A model generated the notes under the pieces. It was not told the origin of the DNA, did not search any database, and worked only from the letters and a program-made list of their open reading frames with translations. A stretch of DNA of 64,000 nt from a virus (taxonomy: Duplodnaviria > Caudoviricetes): positions 224,001 through 288,000 of IMG/VR virus record IMGVR_UViG_3300037067_018912; one strand, 5' to 3'. Below, piece after piece: positions 38,142 to 48,299 of this stretch. Position 1 is the stretch's first letter. The number at the start of each line of letters is the position of its first letter. Both the position numbers and the translations under genes were made by a program.

Positions 38142-38678
38142 ATGGGTAAACCAATTGTTGTCAATCTTTTTGCCGGTCCGGGAACAGGTAAAAGCACGTC
38201 ATGTGCACAGATATTTGCAGAATTAAAGCACCAAGGTATTAATTGTGAAATGGTGCGTGAATTTGCCAAAGACAAAGTATGGGAGAATTCTCTTGACGTC
38301 CTCAATGATCAGATTTATATTTTCGGCAAACAACAGCACAGAATGAAAATATTGATTGGACAAGTTGATGTAATTATCACAGATTCCCCGCTTTTATTAT
38401 CAATCATTTATGATAAATCAGACAATCAAAATTTTAAAAATTTGGTTGTTGATACACATAATGAATTCAAAAACATTAATATCTTTCTCGTGAGAGAAAA
38501 ACCATATAATCCGAAAGGTAGGGTTCAAAACGAAGAAAAGGCTAAACTTTTAGATGTTAAAATTAAATCATTACTGACTGAATTAAACATTCCATACCTC
38601 TGTATAAAAAGCAACCGGGAGAGCATTTTTGATTTAAGCAAAACGATGCTAACGTCTTTAAAAAAAAATGTGGTATGA
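38142..38678 (+). CDS. P-loop kinase/ATPase (NadR/AAA_28-like)
   Basis: NLFAGPGTGKST, IITDSPL, PYNPKGRVQ. Confidence 0.8.
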   Translation: MGKPIVVNLFAGPGTGKSTSCAQIFAELKHQGINCEMVREFAKDKVWENSLDVLNDQIYIFGKQQHRMKILIGQVDVIITDSPLLLSIIYDKSDNQNFKNLVVDTHNEFKNINIFLVREKPYNPKGRVQNEEKAKLLDVKIKSLLTELNIPYLCIKSNRESIFDLSKTMLTSLKKNVV

Positions 38679-39193
38679 ACGTCGTCAAACAAGAATATTG
38701 TAGTGCAAAATCTTGTATAAAACAAATCCCGGCAGGATTCGGGATTGTTAGTAAGTATTTCGGATGGAAACCAAACACGGTTAATTTCGACATTGGCGGT
38801 GGAAAGTATGACTTAATGACCGAGAAATTGAAAGAGAAGGGTGTGACAAATTTGGTCTACGATCCATACAACAGAAGCCAAATTCACAATATTGTTGTCA
38901 CAAATAATGTTATTTTCAATAACGGTGTTAATACTGTGACAATATTCAACGTTCTTAATGTAATCATGGAAAAGGAAATCCAATTGAAAGTGATTAAAAT
39001 GGCATATAACGCACTCAAAACCGGGGGAATGCTCTTTGTCAGGTCAACCTATATGAACCCCGCTAAAGCCTCCGGATTAACAAAATCGGGCACTTTTCAG
39101 CACTATCTAACACAAATTGATTATTTGAAAATTGTTCGGCAGATTTTTCCACATGCAGAACTGAAACACGGAATCATATTTGCAACAAAATGA
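38675..39193 (+). CDS. SAM-dependent methyltransferase-like protein
   Basis: FDIGGGKYD, YDPYN, NVLNVI motifs. Confidence 0.7.
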   Translation: MNVVKQEYCSAKSCIKQIPAGFGIVSKYFGWKPNTVNFDIGGGKYDLMTEKLKEKGVTNLVYDPYNRSQIHNIVVTNNVIFNNGVNTVTIFNVLNVIMEKEIQLKVIKMAYNALKTGGMLFVRSTYMNPAKASGLTKSGTFQHYLTQIDYLKIVRQIFPHAELKHGIIFATK

Positions 39194-40122
39194 ACGTTTT
39201 ATCCCTTTTTGATGGCATATCTTGTGGACGTTTGGCGTTGGAACGGGCGGGGGTAAAGTATGATAACTACTATTCCTCTGAAATTGACTATTATGCCATT
39301 AAAATTGCACAAAAGAACTACCCAAACACAATCCAATTGGGAGATGTTTGTAACATAAGACTCGTTGATTTACCCGAAATTGATCTTCTTATCGGTGGTA
39401 GTCCGTGTCAAGGATTCAGTATAGCCGGAAGCAAATTGAATTTTACCGATCATCGAAGTGTACTTTTCTTTGAATTCGTTCGGTTGATGAAAGTGAAACC
39501 CAAGCATTTTCTTCTTGAAAACGTGAAAATGAAGAAAGAATGGAGAGACATTATCAGCGAATATCTTGAAGTCGAACCGATTGAAATTAATTCGAATCTT
39601 GCATCGGCTCAAAACAGGAAAAGACTTTATTGGACAAATATACCGGGTATCACACAACCCGTGGACAAAAAGATATTTTTAAAGGATGTTTTGGAAAAAA
39701 ATATCGGAGACGTTGAATTCGAGATACCCACCGAAATTGTGAATAAATGTGATATTGAAAGATTCCGCAATACAGGCGTCTCCCAAGTTATGTTCACCGA
39801 AAGACGGACGGAAGAAGCCAAAAGGATAAGACGAGAGTATCAACAATTATATAAAAGGGATTTCTGCCCCCGAAGGGCGAAAGAACTCATTCCACGGACT
39901 GATAATAAAAGTAACTGTTTGACGACTTCATTGACTAAAGAACACATTTTACTCGATGAATCACAAAATTTCAGATATCTTACCCCACTTGAGTGTGAGC
40001 GTCTTCAAACACTACCCGACAATTACACAGAACTTGAAGGAATCTCAAACAACCAACGATACAAAATGATCGGCAACGGTTGGACTGTGGATGTAATCGC
40101 ACACATCTTATCGTTTATATAA
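39190..40122 (+). CDS. DNA cytosine-5 methyltransferase
   Basis: LSLFDG, GGSPCQGFS, LLENV, QNRKRLYW, ECERLQ, GNGW motifs. Confidence 0.93.
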   Translation: MNVLSLFDGISCGRLALERAGVKYDNYYSSEIDYYAIKIAQKNYPNTIQLGDVCNIRLVDLPEIDLLIGGSPCQGFSIAGSKLNFTDHRSVLFFEFVRLMKVKPKHFLLENVKMKKEWRDIISEYLEVEPIEINSNLASAQNRKRLYWTNIPGITQPVDKKIFLKDVLEKNIGDVEFEIPTEIVNKCDIERFRNTGVSQVMFTERRTEEAKRIRREYQQLYKRDFCPRRAKELIPRTDNKSNCLTTSLTKEHILLDESQNFRYLTPLECERLQTLPDNYTELEGISNNQRYKMIGNGWTVDVIAHILSFI

Positions 40123-40127
40123 CAATA

Positions 40128-40496
40128 TCATCCACCGAAGATCAATTTAACCTTCTCCTCAATTTCTTCGGGAGTGAAATTGGAAATCGATTCTGCTTTT
40201 GTGGTTATAATGTGCTCGTTCTTCAATAAGACACGAATTTCACCTTCTTTGACATCACCTTCAATAAAGACTCCAGATTCCGTTCCCTTGAATCTTTTTA
40301 AATCACCACCGTCGGGAATATTGGTAAAATCAAGATAATAGCAACCCTTTTTGAATTCCAGCACGGTTGATTTCTCTTTTTCAACGAAAAGCCTTTGTTT
40401 TATCAATTTCTTTTCTTTCTCCTTGTTCCAAAAACCAGGATCGACCCTTTGTATCGCTTTCAGCAATAATACTGAACCATGTGTGAAATTGGTCAT
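40128..40496 (-). CDS. Hypothetical protein
   Basis: 122-aa ORF, GTATTTAT upstream. Confidence 0.65.
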   Translation of the reverse strand: MTNFTHGSVLLLKAIQRVDPGFWNKEKEKKLIKQRLFVEKEKSTVLEFKKGCYYLDFTNIPDGGDLKRFKGTESGVFIEGDVKEGEIRVLLKNEHIITTKAESISNFTPEEIEEKVKLIFGG

Positions 40497-40551
40497 AATT
40501 TAAAGATTTTAACATAAATACAAAATTATTTAGATTTTTTTGTAACTTTTA

Positions 40552-40582
40552 TTTGTTAGTCTCGTATTTATTCGTACATTTG
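40552..40582 (+). promoter_or_regulatory. Bacteroidota-type promoter of tRNA operon 3
   Basis: TTTG(40552-55)-N19-TACATTTG(40575-82). Confidence 0.8.
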
Positions 40583-40619
40583 CATCACGATTTTTGATAA
40601 ACTAAGTAAAAACAATATA

Positions 40620-40712
40620 ATGTTTGCATTCGGAACATATTATTACACCAAGAAATCTTATAAAAAGCAATTTATAGGAATCGGGAATAATATGTCCACA
40701 TGCGAAAGATAA
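40620..40712 (+). CDS. Attenuator leader peptide 3 (Tyr/Lys), MFAFGTYYYTKKSYKKQFIGIGNNMSTCER
   Basis: 30-aa ORF; 8 of 10 consecutive codons are Tyr/Lys. Confidence 0.85.
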   Translation: MFAFGTYYYTKKSYKKQFIGIGNNMSTCER

Positions 40713-40737
40713 GCAATGATCTTTGCATTATGCACTG

Positions 40738-40772
40738 AAAACCCGGTTCGAAAGACCGGGTTTTTTTGTTTT
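40738..40772 (+). terminator. Attenuator terminator 3
   Basis: AAAACCCGGTT-CGAAA-GACCGGGTTTT; CCCGGTTC pairs with GAATCGGG (40678-85). Confidence 0.88.
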
Positions 40773-40777
40773 ATGTT

Positions 40778-40849
40778 GATCTCGTAGCAAAGTTGGTTTA
40801 GCCTCGGACTTTTAATCCGAAGACGTGGGTTCGAGTCCCACCGGGATCA
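40778..40849 (+). tRNA. tRNA-Lys(TTT)
   Basis: TCGGA-CT-TTT-AA-TCCGA. Confidence 0.88.
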
Positions 40850-40919
40850 CAGCGATGGAGACATTTGGAACTTTTGTAGAACAGCCGCACAAATGCGTGG
40901 AAGCGTAAAAGTTCAATAA

Positions 40920-40998
40920 GGAAGTGTTGGGTGCTGGAATACCCAAGAGTCTGTAAAACTCCCGCTTCGGCATGTAGGTTCGAGTCCTACCACTTCCA
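40920..40998 (+). tRNA. tRNA-Tyr(GTA)
   Basis: GAGT-CT-GTA-AA-ACTC, V arm GC-TTCG-GC. Confidence 0.8.
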
Positions 40999-41073
40999 CT
41001 AACTGAAACCGTGTGAACCGGAGTTTCTGTTAACCCGTTCAATTAGAACGGGAAGAGTTTAAAAGGTTCATTT

Positions 41074-41157
41074 GTATCCGTAGCAAAGAGGCTATGCACC
41101 AGACTTTTAATCTGGGGACAGTATTGTCCTACGTGGGTTCGAATCCCACCGGGTACA
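41074..41157 (+). tRNA. tRNA-Lys(TTT) with long variable arm
   Basis: CCAGA-CT-TTT-AA-TCTGG then GGACA-GTAT-TGTCC. Confidence 0.82.
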
Positions 41158-41222
41158 CTGATAAAACTTAACGTGGTCGGAAGTTTATTATTCCGAAAGG
41201 CAACTGTTTCAAGATCACAAAT

Positions 41223-41304
41223 GCAGTCGTGGCAGAATGGCCATGCTCCTGACTCTTAATCAGGGTACGAAAGTACGATGGGGGTTCGAATCCCTTCGGC
41301 TGCA
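41223..41304 (+). tRNA. tRNA-Lys(CTT) with long variable arm
   Basis: CCTGA-CT-CTT-AA-TCAGG then GTAC-GAAA-GTAC. Confidence 0.82.
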
Positions 41305-41310
41305 CAAAAT

Positions 41311-41382
41311 GTCTTCGTGGCTCAACGGTAGAGTAACTGACTCTTAATCAGTGGGTTGTGGGTTCGAATCCCACCGGGGACA
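41311..41382 (+). tRNA. tRNA-Lys(CTT)
   Basis: ACTGA-CT-CTT-AA-TCAGT. Confidence 0.9.
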
Positions 41383-41388
41383 CAAAAT

Positions 41389-41502
41389 GGGAGTGTGGTC
41401 GAGCGGTAGACGCAGGCTGAATTGGTACACTGTTTGGGTTTACAACCTTAACAAACAGAGGAAGCCTGATAAGTACGCAGGTTCGAATCCTGCCACCCTC
41501 CA
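41389..41502 (+). ncRNA. tRNA-like RNA with a structured insertion of about 45 nt in place of the anticodon loop
   Basis: D arm GGTCGAGCGGTAGAC, T arm GCAGGTTCGAATCCTGC, CAGGCT...AGCCTG enclosing CTGTTTG...CAAACAG. Confidence 0.7.
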
Positions 41503-41507
41503 CAAAA

Positions 41508-41753
41508 ATGATGAGTATGGAAACTTTAAAACAAATCGTAAGCGGAACATTGGCCAAAATGAGCCATATGTGTAACGGAAAAGTGTATTACACGATCGAT
41601 ACACAGGAACATTCGTATCAACTTGAAATTGATTGCCTGGACAAGGAATGGAAGGATGTTTATATCCTCCCGAAGTATAAGGCGATCACTCTGATGCGTT
41701 GGATCAGAAAAGGCATTGAGAAGGACAACGGCACGTTCATAATGTTGAAATAA
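41508..41753 (+). CDS. Hypothetical protein
   Basis: 81 aa, KAITLMRWIRK motif. Confidence 0.7.
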   Translation: MMSMETLKQIVSGTLAKMSHMCNGKVYYTIDTQEHSYQLEIDCLDKEWKDVYILPKYKAITLMRWIRKGIEKDNGTFIMLK

Positions 41754-41759
41754 TGTGTT

Positions 41760-41848
41760 GGGAGTGCGGTAACGGTGGTGGTGTTGCAATTGACTGTAAA
41801 TCAATTCCCATAGGGTAAACATTGGGGGTTCGAATCCCTCCACTCTCA
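41760..41848 (+). tRNA. tRNA-Tyr(GTA)
   Basis: ATTGA-CT-GTA-AA-TCAAT, long V region. Confidence 0.82.
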
Positions 41849-41851
41849 CAC

Positions 41852-41882
41852 AAAACCCGGTTCGAAAGACCGGGTTTTTTTA
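41852..41882 (+). terminator. Terminator closing tRNA operon 3
   Basis: AAAACCCGGTTCGAAAGACCGGGTTTTT, same sequence as 40738. Confidence 0.9.
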
Positions 41883-41998
41883 TTTTAAGTATTTATATTC
41901 CCAATTATATTTATTCAGACTAAATAAAAATAACCTTGCATTTCTGTTCTGAATTAGTTATATTTGGTAAAATAACTTTATTTAATGCTTACGTATAC

Positions 41999-42871
41999 AT
42001 GGCAAAAAAAGTAAAAAAGGTGACGACTACAACCACCGTTACCGAAGAAATCATCGAAGGATCATCAAACGAAAAAACACAAATTGTTTGTATCCTTGAC
42101 CGTTCAGGCTCAATGAGTGAAGGCGGAATAATCTATGAAGCAATCAACGGCTTCAACCGTTTCTTGAAAGAACAAAAAGAATTGAAAGACCAGGCTACAA
42201 TTACTGTTGCCTTGTTCGACGATCGTTATGAACTCCTTTATGATGACATCGACATCAAAAAAGTTCCAGAAATAACTTATGCCACTTGGACTCCAAGGGG
42301 AACTACCGCCTTATTGGATGCTATTGGCAAAACTGTTAACACTGTCAAGTCAAACCACATCCGTTTAGGGAGTGAGAAACCTGCGAAAGTTCTCGTTTGC
42401 ATCGTAACGGACGGTAAAGAGAATGCCAGTCATGAGTACACCCGTGAAGGCATCAGAAGTCTCATTCGGGAACGTGAAAGGGATAATTGGAACTTCATCT
42501 ACCTGGCAGCAAACCAAGATGCGTTTGCCGTTGGACAATCGTTCGGTATCAGTCATCATAACAACTACACCTATGCTGCATCAGGTGCGGGTATGATGGA
42601 TATGAGTAGTGTATTGGGAAATGCCACGACTTCATACAGAAGTATGGTCTCCAGTTCTGCAGATTTTCAAACAAGATCGAAATCCCTTCTCAAAGACGAG
42701 GGCGATGCAAAGGACAATCTCACAGACAACATTAATGTTGTTGGTACAATCAAAGGTAATGACACGTATTTCAGCACCGGAACTGTGGTTTACAGCGGAG
42801 GAACAACTACAAATAGCACGGGTGTTCCGGGTGATGTCAATTTCACCGCTCAAAACGTCACAGTGACATAA
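41999..42871 (+). CDS. vWA-domain protein
   Basis: MIDAS ILDRSGSM, GTTALLDAIG, IVTDGKEN. Confidence 0.88.
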   Translation: MAKKVKKVTTTTTVTEEIIEGSSNEKTQIVCILDRSGSMSEGGIIYEAINGFNRFLKEQKELKDQATITVALFDDRYELLYDDIDIKKVPEITYATWTPRGTTALLDAIGKTVNTVKSNHIRLGSEKPAKVLVCIVTDGKENASHEYTREGIRSLIRERERDNWNFIYLAANQDAFAVGQSFGISHHNNYTYAASGAGMMDMSSVLGNATTSYRSMVSSSADFQTRSKSLLKDEGDAKDNLTDNINVVGTIKGNDTYFSTGTVVYSGGTTTNSTGVPGDVNFTAQNVTVT

Positions 42872-43064
42872 TAATTTCCGTTTTTTGTAATTGTTTATTG
42901 GTTTTTTGGGGGTGCTTTCAGCACCCTCTTTTTTTGTTAAAATTTTGTAAATTAAATACATAAATTTTTAATAAAATCTTCAAGTATATTTTTAAAAACC
43001 CTTGTATTTATGGTTGCCTTTGGGTAAATTCGTTTACATAATTTTATAAAAAATTATTATTTCT

Positions 43065-45689
43065 ATGTTAGAGAAATCCCAACAAAAATTCCAAGAATCG
43101 GAAATTCTTAAATCAACCTTAAAATACTTCAATGGTGACGAACTCGCAGCAGATGTTTGGATGAAGAAGTATTGTCTGAAAGACGAAAAAGATTACTATG
43201 AACTCAATCCTGACCATATGCATTGGAGGATTGCAAAAGAACTTGCAAGGATTGAAGCAAAATATCCGAATCCTTTAACTGTGGAGGAGATATATGAGAC
43301 ATTAAAAGGGTTCAAGAAACTCGTCCCACAAGGCTCGCCAATGAGTGGCATTGGAAACGACTTCCAAGTCGTCTCCTTGTCCAACTGTTTTGTAATTGGT
43401 AATCAAAAGGATAGTGATTCCTACGGGGGAATCATGAAACTTGATCAAGAAGTCGTTCAATTGGAAAAAAGACGTGGAGGGGTCGGCATGGACTTGTCGT
43501 TCGTGCGTCCGGCTGGAACTCCAGTAAAGAACTCTGCAATAACATCGACAGGAGTTGTGCCATTCATGGAAAGATACTCCAATTCAACAAAAGAAGTCGC
43601 ACAGGATGGCCGTAGAGGTGCTCTCATGGAAAGCATCTCAATCAAGCATCCTGATGCAGAGAAATTCATTGATGCCAAACTCACCCAAGGTAAGGTCACG
43701 GGGGCGAACATCTCAGTAAAAATCACAGATGATTTCATGGAGGCAGTCATCAAAGACGATGAATTTTGGCAAACATATCCGATTGATATGAAAATCCCGT
43801 TAGGTGCAAATTACGACGAGTTGATTACCAATGCCAAAGAAAATGAACTTGTGAAACTATCCGGTGTAGGTTATCTAAAAAAAATAAATGCCCGAAAACT
43901 TTGGAACAAAATTATATTCAATGCATGGAAATCCGCTGAACCCGGAATATTGTTTTGGGATGTCATATTAAGAGAAAGCATTCCCGATTGTTATGCTGAT
44001 TTGGGTTATAGGACTACATCCACGAACCCTTGCGGCGAAATCCCGCTTTGCCCGGATGACAGTTGCCGTTTATTGTGTATAAATCTTTATGGTTATGTTT
44101 CTGCACCATTTACCGAGTTCCCGATATTCGAATGGGAGAAGTTTGAACATGACGTCCAAATTGCACAACGCCTGATGGACGATATCATCGATCTTGAAGC
44201 GGAAAAGATAGATGCAATCCTTAACAAGATCAAGGCAGACCCGGAGGATGAGTTTATCAAACTCTACGAAACAAAGATGTGGGAAAGGATTAAGAAAAAA
44301 ACCCTTGAAGGTCGTAGGACTGGTCTCGGCGTTACCGCCGAAGGTGATATGATAGCCGCAATGGGATTGAGATATGGTACTGAGGAAGCCACCGCATTTA
44401 GTGAAAGGGTTCATAAGATACTGAAACTGAACGCATATCAGTCATCGGTTCAAATGGCAAAAGAACGTGGGGCATTTCCTATATGGGATGCTGAACGTGA
44501 AAAACATAATCCATTTATTGAAAGAATCGCCAAAGAAGACTTCGATCTTTGGGACGAAATGATGAAATACGGTCGCAGGAACATCGCCCTTCTGACAGTA
44601 GCACCAACCGGAACAGCCAGTCTAATGACACAGACAACTTCCGGTATCGAACCCGTATTTCTCCCCGTGTACAAGCGCAGGCGCAAAGTTAACCCCCAAG
44701 AGAAAGACGCAAGGATCGATTTCGTTGATGAAGAAGGTCTTGCGTGGCAAGAATACCTTGTCTTTCATCACAAATTCGAAACGTGGCTTGAAGTCAATGG
44801 TTATAACGTAACTGTTGTAAAGACTATGACTTCCGAACAAGTGGAAGAGATTGTAAAGAAGTCACCGTATTACAAAGCGACGAGCAATGATGTCGATTGG
44901 GTGAAAAAGGTCGAAATGCAAGGCCGTGTCCAAAAGCATGTTGATCATAGCATTTCTGTGACGGTCAACCTGCCAAAAGATGTTACCGAGGAAATCGTCG
45001 CCAAGGTTTATGAAACCGGATGGAAAAGCGGATGCAAGGGAATAACCGTCTACCGTGACGGTTCAAGAAGTGGGGTACTTCTTTCTGAAACTGAAAAGAA
45101 AGAAGAGAAATTACATGACACCCACGCTCCCAAGCGTCCAAAACGTTTGAAAGCCGAAATCCATCGTTTCCAAAACAGCCTTGAGAAATGGATTGCCGTC
45201 GTTGGTATCAAAGACGGAAGACCGTATGAAATCTTTACCGGAAAATTCGAGAATGGTTTAAGTAACTTGCCAAGTAATGTGGTAGAATGCGAGGTGGTGA
45301 AGAACATTATTGAATCAGAATCCGCCGAGGGCGATAAAACAAGAGTGAAACGTTACGATATTGAATACATCGATAACGACGGTGAGAAACACACCCATCC
45401 CGGATTGAACCATGCATTCAACCCCGAATTTTGGAACTACGCCAAACTCATCTCCGGTGTTATGAGGCATGGAATGCCTGTGGTAAAATTATACGAATTA
45501 ATCGTGTCGTTGAATTTCAAAGAAGATTATATCAACACATGGAAGAACGGCGTTGCCCGTGTCGTAAAAAGATACATCAAGGATGGTGAAAGGATTAGGG
45601 GGAGATGCCCCGAATGTGGTGGTGAAAACCTTGAATTCGTGGAAGGATGTTTGACATGTAAGAGTTGTGGAAATTCAAAATGTGGATAA
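43065..45689 (+). CDS. nrdJ: Class II (adenosylcobalamin-dependent) ribonucleotide reductase
   Basis: SLSNCFV, TNPCGEIPL, VAPTGT, SISVTVN, VYRDGSR, C-terminal CxxC...CxxC. Confidence 0.93.
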   Translation: MLEKSQQKFQESEILKSTLKYFNGDELAADVWMKKYCLKDEKDYYELNPDHMHWRIAKELARIEAKYPNPLTVEEIYETLKGFKKLVPQGSPMSGIGNDFQVVSLSNCFVIGNQKDSDSYGGIMKLDQEVVQLEKRRGGVGMDLSFVRPAGTPVKNSAITSTGVVPFMERYSNSTKEVAQDGRRGALMESISIKHPDAEKFIDAKLTQGKVTGANISVKITDDFMEAVIKDDEFWQTYPIDMKIPLGANYDELITNAKENELVKLSGVGYLKKINARKLWNKIIFNAWKSAEPGILFWDVILRESIPDCYADLGYRTTSTNPCGEIPLCPDDSCRLLCINLYGYVSAPFTEFPIFEWEKFEHDVQIAQRLMDDIIDLEAEKIDAILNKIKADPEDEFIKLYETKMWERIKKKTLEGRRTGLGVTAEGDMIAAMGLRYGTEEATAFSERVHKILKLNAYQSSVQMAKERGAFPIWDAEREKHNPFIERIAKEDFDLWDEMMKYGRRNIALLTVAPTGTASLMTQTTSGIEPVFLPVYKRRRKVNPQEKDARIDFVDEEGLAWQEYLVFHHKFETWLEVNGYNVTVVKTMTSEQVEEIVKKSPYYKATSNDVDWVKKVEMQGRVQKHVDHSISVTVNLPKDVTEEIVAKVYETGWKSGCKGITVYRDGSRSGVLLSETEKKEEKLHDTHAPKRPKRLKAEIHRFQNSLEKWIAVVGIKDGRPYEIFTGKFENGLSNLPSNVVECEVVKNIIESESAEGDKTRVKRYDIEYIDNDGEKHTHPGLNHAFNPEFWNYAKLISGVMRHGMPVVKLYELIVSLNFKEDYINTWKNGVARVVKRYIKDGERIRGRCPECGGENLEFVEGCLTCKSCGNSKCG

Positions 45690-45690
45690 C

Positions 45691-45879
45691 ATGGAAAATC
45701 CAAGAAGAAGCCTAAAAGGATTATTGAAAAACGGCGATAATTTTAAAGCCAGAAAAATCAATCTCGACGATCCTGAAGTCAAAATAATGCTTGAAGCAGT
45801 GAAAGAAGAGAAAAAGAAATGCCTTGAAAGAAAGAAAGTTAATTGGGCAAAACTGAATAATACTTACGTTAACATTTAA
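45691..45879 (+). CDS. Hypothetical protein
   Basis: Short ORF from MENPRR right after nrdJ. Confidence 0.5.
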   Translation: MENPRRSLKGLLKNGDNFKARKINLDDPEVKIMLEAVKEEKKKCLERKKVNWAKLNNTYVNI

Positions 45880-46016
45880 AAATCCGAGTATTTATCAAAA
45901 AGTTCTTTGATATCTTAATTGGAATTTCTATATTTGTTTGGAATATTGTAACTATTTCATCTCACATGCGTAATAGAATTGAAACACAAAAATAACTGTA
46001 TATAAAACTTAACTGT

Positions 46017-48278
46017 ATGAACAAACATTTTGTGAAACTTGATGAAAACTATTTTCTTACAACCCAGGAAGTCAATAGTAATGTGACCGTAGAAGTCACA
46101 AAAAAAACGAACCACATTTTTGTGGTCGATGTTAGCGGATCAATGTCCTGGGAACTCCCCAAAATCAGAACTCAACTCAAGAACAAACTTTCTAACCTAA
46201 TGAAAGAAGGCGATACGATTTCGATCGTGTGGTTCTCCGGCAGGGATCAAAGCGGCATCTTGAAAGAAGAGGTTGAGGTCAAATCCCTCACAACTCTTAG
46301 CAGCCTAAACGATGCCATTGACAAATGGCTTCACCCGGTCGGCATGACCGCATTTCTCAAACCCTTACAACTTGTCAAGGAATTAACTGGAAGGATCAGC
46401 AAGAACAGACCGGACAGCGTGTTCAGCATGATCTTTCTTACCGACGGCTATAATAACGACTGTCCTTGGACGGAAGTAATTAAAGCCGTTAAGGATTTGG
46501 AAGTGGACATCGCTTCCTCAACATTTGTTGAATACGGCTATTACGCCGATACTCAAAAAATCACCCAAATGGCTGCCATATTGGGTGGTGAAAAAATCTC
46601 CTGCGATGGTTTCGATGATTTCGAACCCCTTTTCGACCGCAAGATTTCCCAATCCGCAAAAGGTGGGAAGAAAACCTTGGTCGATGTCGTTGACAAATAC
46701 CTGTATGATTTCGCATTCTCCGTTTCAGACGGTGGCGTAATCCTGTACAGTATCGTTGACAACAAAATCATGGTTGGTTCGGATGTAAAGGAAATCCATT
46801 TTTTCTCACCGAAAGAAGTTGGTGTCGATGCAGGAACTAATGCAACCGATACTGCACTTTATGCAGGTATCTACGTGCTTGCAGACAAACTTCTCAATGA
46901 TGATGCTGAGAAATTGTTCTATGCATTGGGTGATAACCATTATTACAGAATGTTATCCAACGCTTTCGGCAAACAGAAATTGAATGCATTTAAAACTGCA
47001 ATCAAGGAATGTATCGCCGATGTATCGAAAAGATTTCCTGATGGTGGAAAAGCAAAAATTCAAAAAGTGGATGAAAACGCTTACTGCCTGATGAATTTGA
47101 TTAGTGACTTGGGAGAAACAGAAAATTGCCTGTTCTATCCCAATCATTCAGACTTCAAATACAACCGCATTGGTAGGAAGATGGTAGCCTCTGCAAGCGT
47201 CCTGACGGAAACCGAAAAGAAACAACTCTCCGAAGCCAAGAACGTTGACGAAGCAGCCAAACTTCTGAAAGAATTTGAGGAAAAGAAAGTTGAAGTAAAA
47301 TTTGTTGCCCTCGATAAGAATAAGGGATATGCTCTTACTGATCTTGTATGGAATGAAGAACGTGCAAACCTGTCTGTCCGCATCTGTATTACCGGGGAAG
47401 CAATCTTGCCGGAAAACAAGTTCAAAATCGACAAGGTTGCCACTTACAAATACAATACTTTCACCTTAATAAAGGACGGTATTGTAAACGTTGAAAAACT
47501 CCCGGTAAGTTATTCCAGAGAATTGGCAGAATTGTTGACCAACAAAGGTGTTGAATATGATGATTTGGAAGCAACTTCCGATTCAAACAGAACAATCGTC
47601 ATTTACCTCAACAGTCTGCCCATTGTCAACAAACGTATGGTGAAGGAGTTATCTGCCAACGAACTTGCAAAACAGGAATGGGCATTGATCAGACTGCAGG
47701 GTGACAAGAAAGTATACGATTACTACCGCAAGGCTTTATTCCCCAAGGAAAGCAAGTCGTTCATCGAATTGTACAGCCAAGAAGCCGCCGATTGGTTGAA
47801 GGAGGTTGGCGTCACTGATTATAACGGTTTTGCGCCGAAAGTGACAGCCGAGGAATCCACGGACTTCTACATGTCTGTCAATCTGATAACCAAGATCAAA
47901 GGTCTCTCGTCCTTACCGAAAGTTGAGGATGTGGTAGCCAAGATCAAGTCAGGCAAAGAATTGAAATTGAGTGAATGGGTGATGGCCGATGCAATAACCA
48001 AATATACTGCGCAACTCGACAGTGACATCTACAAAACACTTGGCGAGGAGCAGCAGAAGGAAATGTTGAAAACCTACCTGATCACCAAATCGACCATCCT
48101 GAATAAACAAAGAAGGAAAGCGTTGCAGGAGATCGCAGAGATCAAGTTCGCTCTGATCCTTTCGAAGAAATGGTTCACAGAATTCAAGAGTTTCGATGAA
48201 AACAAACTCAACCTGAAACTCGATGACCAGGATTTGGAATTCACCTTTGATTTATGTGAAAAGGAAGTGAAAATATAA
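46017..48278 (+). CDS. vWA-domain protein (753 aa)
   Basis: VVDVSGSM and IFLTDGY MIDAS motifs. Confidence 0.85.
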   Translation: MNKHFVKLDENYFLTTQEVNSNVTVEVTKKTNHIFVVDVSGSMSWELPKIRTQLKNKLSNLMKEGDTISIVWFSGRDQSGILKEEVEVKSLTTLSSLNDAIDKWLHPVGMTAFLKPLQLVKELTGRISKNRPDSVFSMIFLTDGYNNDCPWTEVIKAVKDLEVDIASSTFVEYGYYADTQKITQMAAILGGEKISCDGFDDFEPLFDRKISQSAKGGKKTLVDVVDKYLYDFAFSVSDGGVILYSIVDNKIMVGSDVKEIHFFSPKEVGVDAGTNATDTALYAGIYVLADKLLNDDAEKLFYALGDNHYYRMLSNAFGKQKLNAFKTAIKECIADVSKRFPDGGKAKIQKVDENAYCLMNLISDLGETENCLFYPNHSDFKYNRIGRKMVASASVLTETEKKQLSEAKNVDEAAKLLKEFEEKKVEVKFVALDKNKGYALTDLVWNEERANLSVRICITGEAILPENKFKIDKVATYKYNTFTLIKDGIVNVEKLPVSYSRELAELLTNKGVEYDDLEATSDSNRTIVIYLNSLPIVNKRMVKELSANELAKQEWALIRLQGDKKVYDYYRKALFPKESKSFIELYSQEAADWLKEVGVTDYNGFAPKVTAEESTDFYMSVNLITKIKGLSSLPKVEDVVAKIKSGKELKLSEWVMADAITKYTAQLDSDIYKTLGEEQQKEMLKTYLITKSTILNKQRRKALQEIAEIKFALILSKKWFTEFKSFDENKLNLKLDDQDLEFTFDLCEKEVKI

Positions 48279-48299
48279 TTCACTGACGTTCAATATACT

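Noticed and set aside
41389-41502. Group I intron-containing tRNA
   Set aside because: The insertion of about 45 nt is far too short for a group I core
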